NCBI GenBank assembly: GCA_965277305.1
Contig: CBDICH010000005.1
Span: 368,671 to 432,670 of the forward strand
Origin: Nakamurella sp.
Lineage (GTDB): Bacteria; Actinomycetota; Actinomycetes; Mycobacteriales; Nakamurellaceae
Length of the DNA: 64,000 nt
Direction of reading: 5' to 3'
Shown: positions 37,972 to 53,839 of the stretch, in pieces
Position numbering within the stretch: the stretch's first letter is position 1
Layout: each line of letters opens with the position of its first letter
Position numbers and translations under genes: made by a program
Notes under the pieces: model-generated
What the model saw: the letters and a program-made list of their open reading frames with translations, nothing else
What the model was told of the DNA's origin: nothing
Databases searched by the model: none

Positions 37972-38925
37972 GGCGAGGGGCGCCGGCGTAGCTCGCAGCG
38001 AGCCGATCGCCACCCGAACCTGGTAACTTCCCGCCGGCACCTGGATGCGGTCGGTGGTACACCCAGGACTGGAGGTCGTGGCCGACCATTTGATGTTGTA
38101 CTGCACCGTTTCGCCGGCCTGCAGGGTGCGGACGTCGGTGCCGGTTCCCGGGAAGCAGTCAGCGGTGGACCACACGCGCGCTCCCGCGGCTGTGTAGACG
38201 GAGAAGACCTGCAGCCCACCGGAAAGGTCCCGCGTGCAGGCGACCGACCCGACGTTGGCCACCGAGACACCGAGAATGGGCTGGGTCCCGACGGGATAAC
38301 CGGGAGTTCCGGTGGACGCGGTCAATTTCAGCGCGGCGTCCGGACACAGCAACCGGCCCTGCGCATCGGTGCTCGGTGCCGTGCTCGTGGGCTTGGCGGC
38401 GGTCGGTTTCGAAGTGTTCGGGCTGGTGGCGATCGGTGCGGTGGGAGCCGGGACAGTGGTGATCGGCTTCGGAGCCGTCTTCGCCCCGGCGGTCGCGCCG
38501 GGACTGGTCGGAACCGCGGATCCGGTGGCTTTGGCCGTCGTCTTCGGCGCGGCAGTCGTCGACGCGCTGGTCTTCGGCGGTGTGGTTTTCGGGGTGGTTT
38601 TCGGTGGGGTCGTGGCGGCGGTCGGCGCGGTGGTCTTGGCGGCTGTGCTTCCGGCCGGCGCCGAGGCCGCAGATCTGGCGGTAGCGGTGCCGGCAGCCGA
38701 AGAACCTGCCGGCACCGAATCGGCCTGCGAGGCGAGCACTCCCGTCAACGACGGTGTCGTCGACCCGCTCACGTAGGCCGCAAGCCCCCCGGTCTGGCTG
38801 CTCGCTCCCTTCGACCGGCCGGCCACCAGAAAGATCACGCCGAGCAGAACAGCGACACCGGCAACCACCACGATGAGCCGCCGGAGCCAGTAGACCTGCG
38901 ACGGCCGGGGACCGACAGGATGCAT
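37963..38925 (-). CDS. Membrane-anchored protein with Thr/Ala/Pro/Lys-rich linker (Rv3587c-like)
   Basis: MHPVGPRPSQVYWLRR plus TM helix; C-terminal four-Cys domain (WSTADC). Confidence 0.85.
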   Translation of the reverse strand: MHPVGPRPSQVYWLRRLIVVVAGVAVLLGVIFLVAGRSKGASSQTGGLAAYVSGSTTPSLTGVLASQADSVPAGSSAAGTATARSAASAPAGSTAAKTTAPTAATTPPKTTPKTTPPKTSASTTAAPKTTAKATGSAVPTSPGATAGAKTAPKPITTVPAPTAPIATSPNTSKPTAAKPTSTAPSTDAQGRLLCPDAALKLTASTGTPGYPVGTQPILGVSVANVGSVACTRDLSGGLQVFSVYTAAGARVWSTADCFPGTGTDVRTLQAGETVQYNIKWSATTSSPGCTTDRIQVPAGSYQVRVAIGSLRATPAPLAIN

Positions 38926-39062
38926 CACGATGTGAACGGTAATCTCGACCGGTAGGGAATCCGGGTAAGCAGGGCCGATCGGCGTGGATCCGACCCGTGG
39001 CGAGCCACTCTCCTGACCGACGGTCCGTGCAGACCGACGACACCACTCGAGCAAGGGATGCG

Positions 39063-39557
39063 ATGACGGCAATCGAACAGCTCTTGGAACGCAATCACGC
39101 CAAGGCACTCTCCCACCCGTACTGGGTCGGGCCGACACCAACGCTCGGCGTCGCGATGGTCCTGTGCATGGATGCCCGGGTGGACGCACACGCCGCCTTC
39201 GGACTGACACCTGGCGAGGCGCACCTCATCAGAAATGCCGGTGGTGTGGTCACCGACGACACGATCAGGTCACTGGCCATTTCCCAGCACGCCCTGGGCA
39301 CCGTTGAAGTGATGATCGTGCACCACACCGACTGCGGGCTGGCGCGTCTCGAGGAAGATGCGTTTCGCGAGAAGCTGGCCGAATACGCCGGCTACCGACC
39401 GACGTGGGCGGTCCAGGCCTTCAAGGACCCGCACGATTCGGTCCGCGAGTCCCTGCGTCGGGTGCGCCAATCCCCCTTCATCCTGCACACGCACGGCGTG
39501 CGGGGATTCATCTTCGACGTCGAGTCCGGGCTGCTGGAAGAGGTGTTCGCCGACTGA
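39063..39557 (+). CDS. Beta-class carbonic anhydrase
   Basis: CMDAR, RNAGG, HHTDCG. Confidence 0.93.
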   Translation: MTAIEQLLERNHAKALSHPYWVGPTPTLGVAMVLCMDARVDAHAAFGLTPGEAHLIRNAGGVVTDDTIRSLAISQHALGTVEVMIVHHTDCGLARLEEDAFREKLAEYAGYRPTWAVQAFKDPHDSVRESLRRVRQSPFILHTHGVRGFIFDVESGLLEEVFAD

Positions 39558-40471
39558 CCAGCGCCAGCGCGGCGACGTCACCTCCGCTTCCCGACCCGAC
39601 ACCACGCGGGCTTGATGCCGCAGCAATGCTGTCCTTCTTCGCCGACCATGGACGCGAGCTGCCCTGGCGCCGGCCGGAGGCCGGGGCCTGGGGGGTGTTG
39701 GTCAGCGAGTTCATGTTGCAGCAGACCCCGGTGGTACGAGTCCTCCCCGTCTACGAGAGCTGGCTGCACCGCTGGCCTCGCCCGGCCGATCTGGCCGAGG
39801 ACTCCCCCGGTGATGCCGTGCGGGCCTGGGGTCGACTGGGCTACCCACGCAGGGCACTGCGCCTGCACGCTGCGGCGACTGCCATCACCACAGTGCACGG
39901 CGGCCAGGTGCCCGATAGCGTGCCGAACTTACTGGAGTTGCCCGGTGTGGGTGAGTACACGGCGCGAGCCGTTGCCGCCTTCGCCTTCGGGGCCCGCACT
40001 CCGGTTGTCGACACGAATGTCCGGCGGGTGATGTCCCGAGCCGTCAACGGTCTCGACAGCATCAGGCAGGCGGCCACGCCGGCAGACCGACGCCAATTGG
40101 AACGACTACTTCCGGCCGAACCTGAGGTGGCATCTCGATTCTCGGCAGCCGTCATGGAGCTGGGCGCCCTCTTCTGCACGGCAGTCAACCCGAGATGTGG
40201 AGACTGCCCGATTGCCGGGGGTTGCGCCTGGAGGGCGGCTGGCTATCCGCCGGCGGTGGCGAGTCGCGCGGTGCAGACGTGGGCCGGCACCGACCGCCAG
40301 GTTCGAGGCCGCATCATGGGGCTGCTGCGCGAAGCAGACCATCCCGTCCCGCGGGCGGCCATCGACATGGTCTGGCCGGACGCCGAGCAACGATCGCGGT
40401 GCGTGGCCTCTCTGGTAGCGGACCGACTCGCCGTCGAACTGGTCGACGGAAGTCTCGCGCTGCCCAGCTGA
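39554..40471 (+). CDS. mutY: A/G-specific adenine glycosylase (start uncertain: CTG 39554 or ATG 39626)
   Basis: LPWR, SEFMLQQT, LGYPRRA, LPGVGEYTA, VDTNVRRV, 4Fe-4S Cys cluster. Confidence 0.93.
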   Translation: MTSASAATSPPLPDPTPRGLDAAAMLSFFADHGRELPWRRPEAGAWGVLVSEFMLQQTPVVRVLPVYESWLHRWPRPADLAEDSPGDAVRAWGRLGYPRRALRLHAAATAITTVHGGQVPDSVPNLLELPGVGEYTARAVAAFAFGARTPVVDTNVRRVMSRAVNGLDSIRQAATPADRRQLERLLPAEPEVASRFSAAVMELGALFCTAVNPRCGDCPIAGGCAWRAAGYPPAVASRAVQTWAGTDRQVRGRIMGLLREADHPVPRAAIDMVWPDAEQRSRCVASLVADRLAVELVDGSLALPS

Positions 40472-40523
40472 CCTACCCCCTTCCGCACCGCGTCGCGTTC
40501 TGGCACCAAATCGGGCGGTCTGG

Positions 40524-40557
40524 CGCGGGGATCTCGACCTGACGCGGGGATCTCGAC
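40524..40557. repeat. 15-bp direct repeat CGCGGGGATCTCGAC x2
   Basis: Copies at 40524 and 40543. Confidence 0.85.
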
Positions 40558-40573
40558 ACGGTGCGGGTAAGCA

Positions 40574-40607
40574 GAGCGGGCCGGACGATTACTCGTCCGG
40601 CCCGCTC
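40574..40607. terminator. Hairpin between convergent mutY and clpC
   Basis: 15-bp perfect stem GAGCGGGCCGGACGA/TCGTCCGGCCCGCTC with a 4-nt loop. Confidence 0.8.
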
Positions 40608-40647
40608 GATCGTGCTGTGGTGCCGTATTTGGCCGTGCTACCGGCGC

Positions 40648-43188
<2,541 letters not shown>

Positions 43189-43377
43189 GTGCACTCCTTA
43201 CGAGCGTGCGCGGCAGGGAGATGGCCGGGATTCGTCACGGCACCATCAACGAGCAATCGTTGCTGGGGCCCTCACGGACTCCGATCGTCCGAGTCTAGTC
43301 GGGCCCGGCCGGAGGCCGGGTCCTTCATCCACTCATCACAGGCTGGTTCTGCGCACCAGAACTGCCACAGTCCCTCT

Positions 43378-43403
43378 AACGCTGCCCTGGGCTGCGACGT
43401 TCC
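43378..43403 (-). promoter_or_regulatory. SigH/SigR-type ECF promoter for clpC
   Basis: GGAAC-N18-GTT on the minus strand. Confidence 0.7.
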
Positions 43404-43468
43404 ACCAGGGCAGGGCACTACGCCGAGGGCGAACAGGGGCATTCCGCGGACGACCGGCTCGAAACGCC

Positions 43469-43499
43469 GCCGACCCCCGGCCAGCAGGACGGGGGTCGG
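43469..43499 (-). terminator. Hairpin downstream of lsr2
   Basis: CCGACCCCCG...CGGGGGTCGG stem. Confidence 0.6.
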
Positions 43500-43563
43500 T
43501 GCGGTACTGATCGGTGCGGTACCAATCGGTGCGGTACTGATCGGTGCGGTACTGATCGGTGCG
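43496..43563. repeat. 15-bp tandem repeat TCGGTGCGGTACTGA x4.5
   Basis: Copies at 43496, 43511, 43526, 43541 and a partial copy at 43556. Confidence 0.93.
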
Positions 43564-43569
43564 CTGTTG

Positions 43570-43938
43570 TCAGTGCGCCGCTTCGAAGGCTTCCAGGACC
43601 GCGGACGACAGGCGTCCGCGCTCGGAGACCTCGAGGCCGGCGGCGCGGGCCCACTCGCGGATGGCCGCGGTCTGCTCGCGGTCCGGGGCGGTGCGCGACG
43701 CGGACTTGGTGGCCTTGGCCGGCTTGGTCTTGGCGCCACGGCCGGCAGCAACGCGACGTCCACCGTCGATACGACGGGCGTGGTCGACAAAGTTGGCCAG
43801 GGCGTCGCGGAGTTTCTTTGCGTTCTTGTCCGTCAGGTCGATCTCGTAGTTCGCTCCATCGAGCGCAAAAGCGACGGTCTCTGCGGCGACAGTACCGTCA
43901 AGATCATCAACAAGACTGACGGTGGTCATGGTGGCCAT
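43570..43938 (-). CDS. lsr2: Nucleoid-associated protein Lsr2
   Basis: LVDDLDG, YEIDL, IREWAR, AT-hook RGR. Confidence 0.96.
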   Translation of the reverse strand: MATMTTVSLVDDLDGTVAAETVAFALDGANYEIDLTDKNAKKLRDALANFVDHARRIDGGRRVAAGRGAKTKPAKATKSASRTAPDREQTAAIREWARAAGLEVSERGRLSSAVLEAFEAAH

Positions 43939-44252
43939 GAGTATTCCTCCTGATAGGGCCATGTCGGCCGTTTGTGTTCAACGACGAGCGTAGATCACAA
44001 ATGGGTAAATAACCAACAGGCAGCTCCGATTGCGCCCTGTTGATTGTGTGATGTTCATTGGCCCTCAGCGAACAACTCAAGGCATCCCGGGGCAAGTTCA
44101 CAGCAAAACATCGGACTAAACACAAACAGCGACGACGGGCGCACCGTCGGTTCATCAAAGCCGACCAGTCACAGCTCCGCGAAGGGGGGCAATCAAGTCG
44201 CGATTTGTCTTTGGCGGATTGCCGCTTTGGTCGGCGGCCCGTGAGTCGGAGA

Positions 44253-44294
44253 CTTTGGAGCACAGCCTTTGGAGCACAGCCTTTGGAGCGAAGC
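44253..44294. repeat. 14-bp tandem repeat CTTTGGAGCACAGC x3
   Basis: Copies at 44253, 44267 and 44281. Confidence 0.9.
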
Positions 44295-44323
44295 ACTGGG
44301 ACGGTGGCGGGTCGAACGGACCG

Positions 44324-45970
44324 TCAGTCGCCCGGCCGGACAAACGGGAACAGAATCGTCTCCCTGATTCCCAGCCCGGTCAGCGCCATCAGCAGTCGAT
44401 CGACGCCCATGCCCATCCCGCCGGAAGGAGGCATGCCGTATTCCATGGCGCGCAAGAAGTCCTCGTCGAGCACCATCGCCTCGACATCACCGAGACCGGC
44501 AAACCTGGCCTGGTCGACAAAACGTTCCCGCTGGACGACCGGGTCGACCAGCTCTGAATAAGCGGTCGCCGTTTCGACGCCGCGGATGTAGAGGTCCCAC
44601 TTCTCGGCCAGACCTGGTGTATCCCGGTGCGCCCTGGTCAACGGTGACGTCTCGGCCGGGAAGTCGCGAACGAAGGTCGGCAGGACCAAGGTGTCGACGA
44701 CCAGAGCCTCGAACAGCTCCTCGGCCAGTTTGCCCGGACCGTAATGCGGTGCGACTGCCACGTCGAACTTTCCGGCCAGCTCGACCAGACGCGACATCGG
44801 CGTGTTCACGTCGATGTTCTCACCGGCAGATTCGGACAAGGCGCCGTACAGGGTGATGCTCGGCCATTCCCCACCCAGGTCGAAGTCCGAGCCGTCGGCG
44901 TGCTGCACGGTGGTGGATCCGAAAATGTCCACGGCAGCGTTCTGGATGAGGGACCTGGTCAGCTCGGCCATCCCGTTGTAGTCCGAGTAGGCCTCGTACG
45001 TCTCCAGCATCGCGAATTCGGGTGAATGCGACGAGTCGGCCCCCTCGTTGCGAAAGTTTCTATTGATCTCGAAGACGCGATCGATACCACCGACCACGCA
45101 CCTCTTCAGGTACAGCTCGGGGGCGATCCGCAGGAAGACGTCGATGTCCATAGCATTCATGTGGGTTGCGAAGGGGCGGGCTGCGGCCCCACCGTGGAGC
45201 ACCTGCAACATCGGCGTCTCCACCTCCAGGTAGCCCCGGTCGTGCAGGGTCTGCCGGAGCGACCGGTTGGCCAACGCCCGGACTTCGACGTTCCGTCGCG
45301 CCTGCGGGCGGACGATCAGGTCGACATACCGTTGCCGTACCCGGTTCTCTTCGGATAGCGGCTTGTGGGCCACCGGCAGTGGGCGCAACGACTTGGCGGT
45401 CAACTGCCACGTATCGGCCAGCACGCTCAACTCACCACGCCTGGAGGTGATCACCTCGCCACTGGCAAAAATGTGGTCGCCGAGATCGACATCGCCTTTG
45501 AAGGCGGCCAACGATTCCGCTCCCACCGAGGCCAGGGAGATCATGACCTGCAGCTCCGAACCGGTTTCGCCTGCACCGCCTTCGCGGAGGGTGACGAAGC
45601 ACAGCTTCCCCGAATTGCGCAGGAAGATGACGCGACCGGTGATACCGACCTGCTTCCCGGTCCGAACATCGGGCTCCAGATCGGGGAACTCGGCCTTCAG
45701 CTCCGCGAGCCCGGTGGTTCGGTTGACGCCAACGGGATACGGGTCGATTCCTGCGCCCAGAAGACGCGCACGCTTGTCGCGACGAACGCGCATCTGTTCG
45801 GGAAGGTCGTCGTCGGCCTGCACGACGGCTTTTCGCGCGGACCCGGGCGTCCGGCCCGAAGTGTCAGAGCTTCCAGCATCTGCCGTCTTCACCGGCGACC
45901 CAGATGGCGTTGACGGAGTCGGATTGTCGATGTTGGCGCCATCTTCTGGATCACCGATTGCTGAGCTCAC
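44324..45970 (-). CDS. lysS: Lysine-tRNA ligase (class II)
   Basis: [39 protein letters not shown]. Confidence 0.96.
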   Translation of the reverse strand: MSSAIGDPEDGANIDNPTPSTPSGSPVKTADAGSSDTSGRTPGSARKAVVQADDDLPEQMRVRRDKRARLLGAGIDPYPVGVNRTTGLAELKAEFPDLEPDVRTGKQVGITGRVIFLRNSGKLCFVTLREGGAGETGSELQVMISLASVGAESLAAFKGDVDLGDHIFASGEVITSRRGELSVLADTWQLTAKSLRPLPVAHKPLSEENRVRQRYVDLIVRPQARRNVEVRALANRSLRQTLHDRGYLEVETPMLQVLHGGAAARPFATHMNAMDIDVFLRIAPELYLKRCVVGGIDRVFEINRNFRNEGADSSHSPEFAMLETYEAYSDYNGMAELTRSLIQNAAVDIFGSTTVQHADGSDFDLGGEWPSITLYGALSESAGENIDVNTPMSRLVELAGKFDVAVAPHYGPGKLAEELFEALVVDTLVLPTFVRDFPAETSPLTRAHRDTPGLAEKWDLYIRGVETATAYSELVDPVVQRERFVDQARFAGLGDVEAMVLDEDFLRAMEYGMPPSGGMGMGVDRLLMALTGLGIRETILFPFVRPGD

Positions 45971-46100
45971 AGTTGACAAGGGTACTTCCGTGCGGCGGCG
46001 AATTTCCCACCCGCGGCACTGCTGTCGACCTCGGGGATGTCGTGGCCTGACGAGTGGCCCGTAGCCCGGGGAGTTGCCGGGCTTGATGGACAATGGGTTC

Positions 46101-47027
46101 ATGCCGTCGCCGTCCCCGAACTTGCTCGACCGGACGTCGTGGATTGCCCTCGAGGAGCAACATCACGACGAGGTCGAGCGGCTGACCACTGCGCACCGAT
46201 CACGTGCTGCAGAAAGCGTCGCGCACCCAGTCGAGGATTTCCTGTTCACGTACTACAACTTCCGGCCGTCGCAGTTGCGACGATGGCATCCAGGCGCTGC
46301 CCTTGGCCTGCGAGACGCCACGGAGCGTTCGGAATGGAGATTTCATCGAACGGTGAGCATCGCTGGCTCCAGCGCCACCGCGGTAGTGGTGGACGTCACC
46401 GAGTTCGCGTCGGCCCGAGGCAGGAGTCTCGGTTTCATTCGTGAGCTGTTGAGCCGAACCGCCGCGGCGACCCCGCAATTCGGCTGTTTCGGCCTCCACG
46501 AGTGGGCCATGGTATTTGAGGAATCGGACCGTCGGCACCGCGATTGGCCGCTGCGGTTGGGTCAGTCCGGGACGGACGAGGTGGTCCGGCAACACCAGAT
46601 CCGCTGCTCGCACTTCGACGCGTTCCGGTTCTTCACGCCGGCGGCCAGTACCCGGAATCTGCTGTCGCCGGACCTGATGTCTCGAGACCGAATGGAACAG
46701 CCGGCGTGCCTGCACGCCAACATGGACTTGTACAAATGGGCATTTCGCCTCGTGCCGCTGATATCCAGCCGGCTGCTGGTGGACTGCTTCCTGTTGGCCA
46801 GGGAGATCCGCGAGGTGGATATGCGCGCGTCACCTTATGAGCTCTCGGCGCTCGGCTACGAGCCGATCGCCATCGAGACCGCAGCCGGCAAGGCGGAATA
46901 TGTTCAAGCCCAGCGATCCTTTGCCGACCGGGGACAGGTCCTGCGCTCACGTCTATGCGCGGAAATGGACCTCGCAATGACGACGTCCCCAGCACTGCCT
47001 GCCGTCGAGCCCCGCGCCTGTTCCTAG
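46101..47027 (+). CDS. Conserved actinobacterial protein, commonly labelled 3-methyladenine DNA glycosylase (function not established here)
   Basis: [48 protein letters not shown]. Confidence 0.8.
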   Translation: MPSPSPNLLDRTSWIALEEQHHDEVERLTTAHRSRAAESVAHPVEDFLFTYYNFRPSQLRRWHPGAALGLRDATERSEWRFHRTVSIAGSSATAVVVDVTEFASARGRSLGFIRELLSRTAAATPQFGCFGLHEWAMVFEESDRRHRDWPLRLGQSGTDEVVRQHQIRCSHFDAFRFFTPAASTRNLLSPDLMSRDRMEQPACLHANMDLYKWAFRLVPLISSRLLVDCFLLAREIREVDMRASPYELSALGYEPIAIETAAGKAEYVQAQRSFADRGQVLRSRLCAEMDLAMTTSPALPAVEPRACS

Positions 47028-47035
47028 CCGGCCGG

Positions 47036-48352
47036 TCAGTCCTCGGCCGCGCGTCGACGTCGCCGCGGGGCGGTCTCCGACGAACCGTAGGCGGCCAGCA
47101 AATCCGCCACCGAAATCCCCGCCGAGTGCCCGGCCCCGGGCAGGGCGGGCTCTGATTCGCGCTCCGGCTCCGGCTCGGGGGTCGGTTCCGGCTCGGGGGT
47201 CGGTTCCGGCTCGGGAAAGGGTTCGGGTGTCGCCTCCGGCTCCGCTTCGTGTTCCGTAACGGGTTCGGGTGTCGCCTCCGGCTCCGCTTCGTGTTCCGTA
47301 ACGGGTTCGGGTGTCGCCTCCGGCTCCGCTTCGTGTTCCGTAACGGGTTCGGGTGTCGCCTCCGGCTCCGCTTCCGGCTCGACCTCGGGTTCCGGAACGG
47401 ATTCCGGTGTCCGCTTCGGTTCCGGCCCGATTTCGGGTTCCGGTTCAGATTCCAGTGTCGGCTCCGCGTCCAGCCCTGCCTCTGATTCAGGCCCTGCCTC
47501 TGGTTCGAGCGCTGCCTCTGGCCCGGGCTCTGCATCCCGTTCCGGCGCGCGCTCCGGCTCCGACAGGTGCTGCGGGTCCGGGACAACCTGGTCAGCGGGC
47601 TCAGCAGGCCGAGCGGCAGCGATGTCCACATGCGCGGCGGCTGCGTCGACGACGTCTGGCGTCAGTGGGCCGCCTGGCGTCGGCGTGGCCCCGGGGCCGA
47701 AGGTCGCCCTGGGGAACTGCACGGTGTCGTCATCGCGCCCCGGATATTCGAACCCGCGAGCTTGGCCGGTGGCTGTCCGCCCGCCTGGCACCGAGCCCAG
47801 GTAGGGCGGAGCCATGTTGTCCGGTGCGCCGATGATCTGGCCGGGACGCCCGGCGTTGCCGCCGCCCCGGTTACGGCCGTCACCCACCTGGCGCACCCTG
47901 GTCGACTCCGCCGACAAGGTCAGGCGTTCGAAGAGCAGATCACCCTCGAGCAGACCCGACAGCGTGGTGTTCAGTCGATCCAGCTGCTCCCGGAGGCCGG
48001 CCAACTCCTCGCGATGTCTGGCCTCGGCATCTTCTCGCGCCCCTTCGGCGACGCCGATCTCGTACTCACGCCGAGCACTGATCTCGCGATGCAGTTCGAG
48101 CTCGTAGGTGCGTTTGCTGTCTTCGGCCCGCAGCTCCGCGGTCCGCGCATCACGCCGCGAACGCGCCACGGCGAAGGCCGCGATCAGCCCGGCCCACAGG
48201 GCGAGTAGCACCGCAAAACGCAGCCAGCGCACTTCTTCGGTGAAGACGACGAGGATCGTGGCGGCGATCGCGAGCACGAATCCCAGCACCAGGAGGACGC
48301 GCAGGGCCGTAGGCGAGGAGCCTCGGCGGCGGCGATTTCCAGCTGGGCTCAT
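47036..48352 (-). CDS. DUF6779-type membrane/coiled-coil protein (Rv3604c-like) with acidic repeat
   Basis: Two TM helices, [17 protein letters not shown]-terminal SVADLLA...RRRR. Confidence 0.85.
   Translation of the reverse strand: MSPAGNRRRRGSSPTALRVLLVLGFVLAIAATILVVFTEEVRWLRFAVLLALWAGLIAAFAVARSRRDARTAELRAEDSKRTYELELHREISARREYEIGVAEGAREDAEARHREELAGLREQLDRLNTTLSGLLEGDLLFERLTLSAESTRVRQVGDGRNRGGGNAGRPGQIIGAPDNMAPPYLGSVPGGRTATGQARGFEYPGRDDDTVQFPRATFGPGATPTPGGPLTPDVVDAAAAHVDIAAARPAEPADQVVPDPQHLSEPERAPERDAEPGPEAALEPEAGPESEAGLDAEPTLESEPEPEIGPEPKRTPESVPEPEVEPEAEPEATPEPVTEHEAEPEATPEPVTEHEAEPEATPEPVTEHEAEPEATPEPFPEPEPTPEPEPTPEPEPERESEPALPGAGHSAGISVADLLAAYGSSETAPRRRRRAAED
47219..47374. repeat. In-frame 42-bp coding repeat x3.7 ([14 protein letters not shown])
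   Basis: Identical copies at 47219, 47261, 47303 and a partial copy at 47345. Confidence 0.95.
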
Positions 48353-48416
48353 GGCCCACAGGGTACCGGGATCAGATCGGTTCCCCGACGGACGCCGGCC
48401 GCGTCAAGGGCGTGGC

Positions 48417-48452
48417 GCCGGGTCGTGACATGAATGTCCCGCCCGACCCGGC
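48417..48452 (-). terminator. Hairpin after the DUF3180 gene (end of the fol operon)
   Basis: GCCGGGTCG/CGACCCGGC 9-bp stem. Confidence 0.5.
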
Positions 48453-48500
48453 TCCGCCGACCACCGAGAGTAGAACGCGCTGTCGCAAAAGGGTGAATGG

Positions 48501-49019
48501 TCACGGTCGCTGCCGCGAGGACCGACCGTCCGGCGGGTCTTCAGGCGCCCGGCAGCAGAACTCGAGGTACAGCGCACCGACCAGCATCACGGCGGCACAA
48601 CACAATCCGATCACAGCAGTCGCAGTATCCGATCGCGCGGCGGAGATCATGCCGGAGTCCGGCAGGACGTAGGCGAGAAGCCCGAACCACAGACCGGCCA
48701 GGGCTGCACCGGCGAGCGCACTGGCCTTGGCTGTCATCACCGCTCTTGCCGCGGTCAGCGGCGGAACCGGTGGCCTCGAGGCCCGACTCCCTGGTGTGCT
48801 GTTGGCCTGGATACGAGCACGTAGCCCGTACCCGAACACCGCCTCGGCTATTCCCAGCACGGCGGCCGCCACACCCGCGAACCGCGGGAGTGCGGGAATG
48901 CTTCCGTAGTTCAGGCGCACCAACACATATGCGGCGATCGCCGCTACCAGCGCGACGGCAAACAGATCGCGCGGTCTGGTAGGCCCCATCCGGAAGGCGG
49001 GGGACGGGTCAGCCGACAT
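48501..49019 (-). CDS. DUF3180-family membrane protein
   Basis: MGPTRPRDL, AKASALAGA, LEFCCRAP. Confidence 0.88.
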   Translation of the reverse strand: MSADPSPAFRMGPTRPRDLFAVALVAAIAAYVLVRLNYGSIPALPRFAGVAAAVLGIAEAVFGYGLRARIQANSTPGSRASRPPVPPLTAARAVMTAKASALAGAALAGLWFGLLAYVLPDSGMISAARSDTATAVIGLCCAAVMLVGALYLEFCCRAPEDPPDGRSSRQRP

Positions 49020-49542
49020 GCCCGACCATCGTGATCTCGCTGACATCCAGCCCGCTGAGCAGATCGGCAATGGCTCCGAGACCGGGCAGAACCGCATCCG
49101 GCTCGATCTCCGCCCATGGCAGCAGGACGAAGGCGCGTTCGTGAGCCCGCGGGTGCGGCAGCATCAAGTCGGGATCCTCCGAGAGCTCGCCGTCGACGAC
49201 AATCACATCAGCGTCCAGAGTCCTTGGACCCCAACGAATATCGCGAACCCGGCCAGCCGCCCGCTCGAGCGATCTGCACAGTTCGAGCCAGCCGTAGCCA
49301 TCGATGCCGTCGCCCTGCACGATCAGCGCGATGTTGTAGTAGTCATCCTGGGCCACCGGGCCCCACGGCGGAGTCCGATAGACCGACGACGCCCGGACTA
49401 CCAACTCCCCCAGCGCGGCGACGGCATCCAGGAGATGCCCGCGTCGATCGCCGAGATTCGACCCCAACGACAACACCGCCGTGGTCATGTGGATCGGCTC
49501 TTCGCGCAAGCGCTCATCGCTACTCGCTCCGCCTTCATTCAT
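49009..49542 (-). CDS. folK: 6-hydroxymethyl-7,8-dihydropterin pyrophosphokinase (alternative start 49488)
   Basis: [31 protein letters not shown]. Confidence 0.95.
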   Translation of the reverse strand: MNEGGASSDERLREEPIHMTTAVLSLGSNLGDRRGHLLDAVAALGELVVRASSVYRTPPWGPVAQDDYYNIALIVQGDGIDGYGWLELCRSLERAAGRVRDIRWGPRTLDADVIVVDGELSEDPDLMLPHPRAHERAFVLLPWAEIEPDAVLPGLGAIADLLSGLDVSEITMVGHVG

Positions 49543-49913
49543 GCCGGCCCCCTTTTCAGCGACCTGCGGATGGTCACCGCCACATCCGCGAAGTCCAGTG
49601 GGATCGGGGCCGACGGCTTGTGCAGCGTCACTTCCACTGCGTGCACCCGATAGGTCCGCATGACCGTGTCGGCGATCTCGCCGGCGACCGCTTCGATCAG
49701 ATCCCGCGGTGGACCGGCGATGACCGTGGCCGCCAGCTGCGCGAGCTCGCCGTAGTCAACGGTGGCCGAGAGCTCGTCGGTCGACACGGCGGCGGTCAGA
49801 TCCAACCAGAGCGTGAGGTCGACGACGAAATGCTGACCATCTCTTTTCTCGTGGTCGAAGACGCCGTGATAGCCGAACACCTCGAGCCCGGTGAGGGTGA
49901 TGCGGTCAGCCAT
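49539..49913 (-). CDS. folB: Dihydroneopterin aldolase
   Basis: [27 protein letters not shown]. Confidence 0.95.
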   Translation of the reverse strand: MADRITLTGLEVFGYHGVFDHEKRDGQHFVVDLTLWLDLTAAVSTDELSATVDYGELAQLAATVIAGPPRDLIEAVAGEIADTVMRTYRVHAVEVTLHKPSAPIPLDFADVAVTIRRSLKRGPA

Positions 49914-50829
49914 GGGTGACCCTCCCATGGGCCAGTCTGCCGAACCGGGCGTCGGCACCGTCTGCCCCCACCAGAACAGCGGCCGCACGCTCTTCGACGC
50001 CATGCAGGGCGGACAGTACGGCGAGCGCGTCGCGGGTCGGCCGGGGTTCGTGCACGCGGATGGCCCAGGCCCCCCTGTCCGCGGCCAGCACCGAGACCGC
50101 CGCCGTGGCCGCCTCCCGCTCGGCGGGGGGCCGGAACTCTCCGCCCGGCCCCTCGAGCAGCTGACCCAGGAACCTCTTGCGCGACGCCCCGACCAGGACC
50201 GGTAGACCTAGGTCCGTGAGCTTCGAAAGGTACCGGAGCAGCCGCCAGTTGTGTCCCGAGTCCTTCGCGAAGCCGAGTCCGGGATCGAGGATGAGGCTGC
50301 GTTCGTCGACGCCGGCGGCAAGCGCCCGGTCGACCTGCCGGAGTAGTTCGGTACGCACATCGGTCACCACGTCGGTGTAGCCGGCATGCTGGTGCATCTC
50401 GGCACTGTGCCCCCGCCAGTGCATCAGGATCCAGGGCGCGCCCGTCTCCGCCGCCACCCGGGCCATGTCTGGATCGGCGAGACCGCCGGATACGTCGTTG
50501 ATGATCTGCGCGCCAGCGTCCAGTGCGGCCTTCGCGACCACTGCCCGGGTGGTGTCGACCGAGCAGACCAATCCGGCGGCGCTGAGGGCCCCGATCACCG
50601 GGATGACCCTGGCCGCCTCGGTGGCGGCATCGATGCGATGAGCACCGGGGCGGGTCGACTCACCGCCGACGTCGACGACGTCGGCGCCGTCGGCCGCCAA
50701 CTTCGACCCGTGCTCGATGGCCGTGTCGGTGTGATCCCAGCGGCCCCCGTCGGAGAACGAATCCGGCGTCACATTGAGCACGCCGAACACCCACGCCCGT
50801 GGCCCGAAGACCGGGAACAGCGTGCTCAT
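49906..50829 (-). CDS. folP: Dihydropteroate synthase
   Basis: [31 protein letters not shown]. Confidence 0.95.
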   Translation of the reverse strand: MSTLFPVFGPRAWVFGVLNVTPDSFSDGGRWDHTDTAIEHGSKLAADGADVVDVGGESTRPGAHRIDAATEAARVIPVIGALSAAGLVCSVDTTRAVVAKAALDAGAQIINDVSGGLADPDMARVAAETGAPWILMHWRGHSAEMHQHAGYTDVVTDVRTELLRQVDRALAAGVDERSLILDPGLGFAKDSGHNWRLLRYLSKLTDLGLPVLVGASRKRFLGQLLEGPGGEFRPPAEREAATAAVSVLAADRGAWAIRVHEPRPTRDALAVLSALHGVEERAAAVLVGADGADARFGRLAHGRVTHG

Positions 50830-51409
50830 CGGCCGGTGATCAGGCTCATCGCCTCGGCCCGGGTACTCGCCTGGCTCTGGAAGATGCCGCGCACGGCAGA
50901 GGTGGTGGTGATCGCACCGGGCTTGCGAACTCCCCGCATGGCCATGCACAGATGCTCGGCCTCGATCACGACGATGACACCCGACGGATCGAGCCGACGA
51001 ACCAACGCCTCGGCGATCTGGGTGGTCAACCGCTCCTGCACCTGTGGACGCTTGGAGTAACCCTCGACCACCCTGGCCAGCTTGGACAGGCCGGTGACCC
51101 GCCCGTGACGACCCGGGATGTAGCCGACGTGAGCGTGCCCGAAGAACGGCACGAGGTGGTGCTCGCAGGTCGAGTACATCGGGATGTCCCTGACCAGGAC
51201 CATTTCCGAATGGTTCTCGGCGAAAACCGTGCCGAGGACCTCGTCCGGCTCGATGTGGAGGCCGCTGAACTGTTCGGCGTACGCGCGTGCAACCCGTGCC
51301 GGCGTCTCCTTCAGACCTTCCCGGTCGACGTCCTCGCCGACGGCGATCAGCAGCTCACGGACCGCCGCCTCGGCGCGGGCCTGGTCGAACTTCGGCCTCG
51401 TCTCCGTCG

Positions 51410-51413
<4 letters not shown>
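50826..51413 (-). CDS. folE: GTP cyclohydrolase I
   Basis: [36 protein letters not shown]. Confidence 0.96.

Positions 51414-53839
<2,426 letters not shown>

Noticed and set aside
43496-43563. Possible CRISPR or iteron array
   Set aside because: Contiguous 15-bp units with no spacers and no rep or cas gene nearby
43940-44320. Horizontally acquired island or sRNA in the lower-GC lysS-lsr2 spacer
   Set aside because: Short, no credible ORF or recognisable RNA family; most simply the lsr2 promoter region
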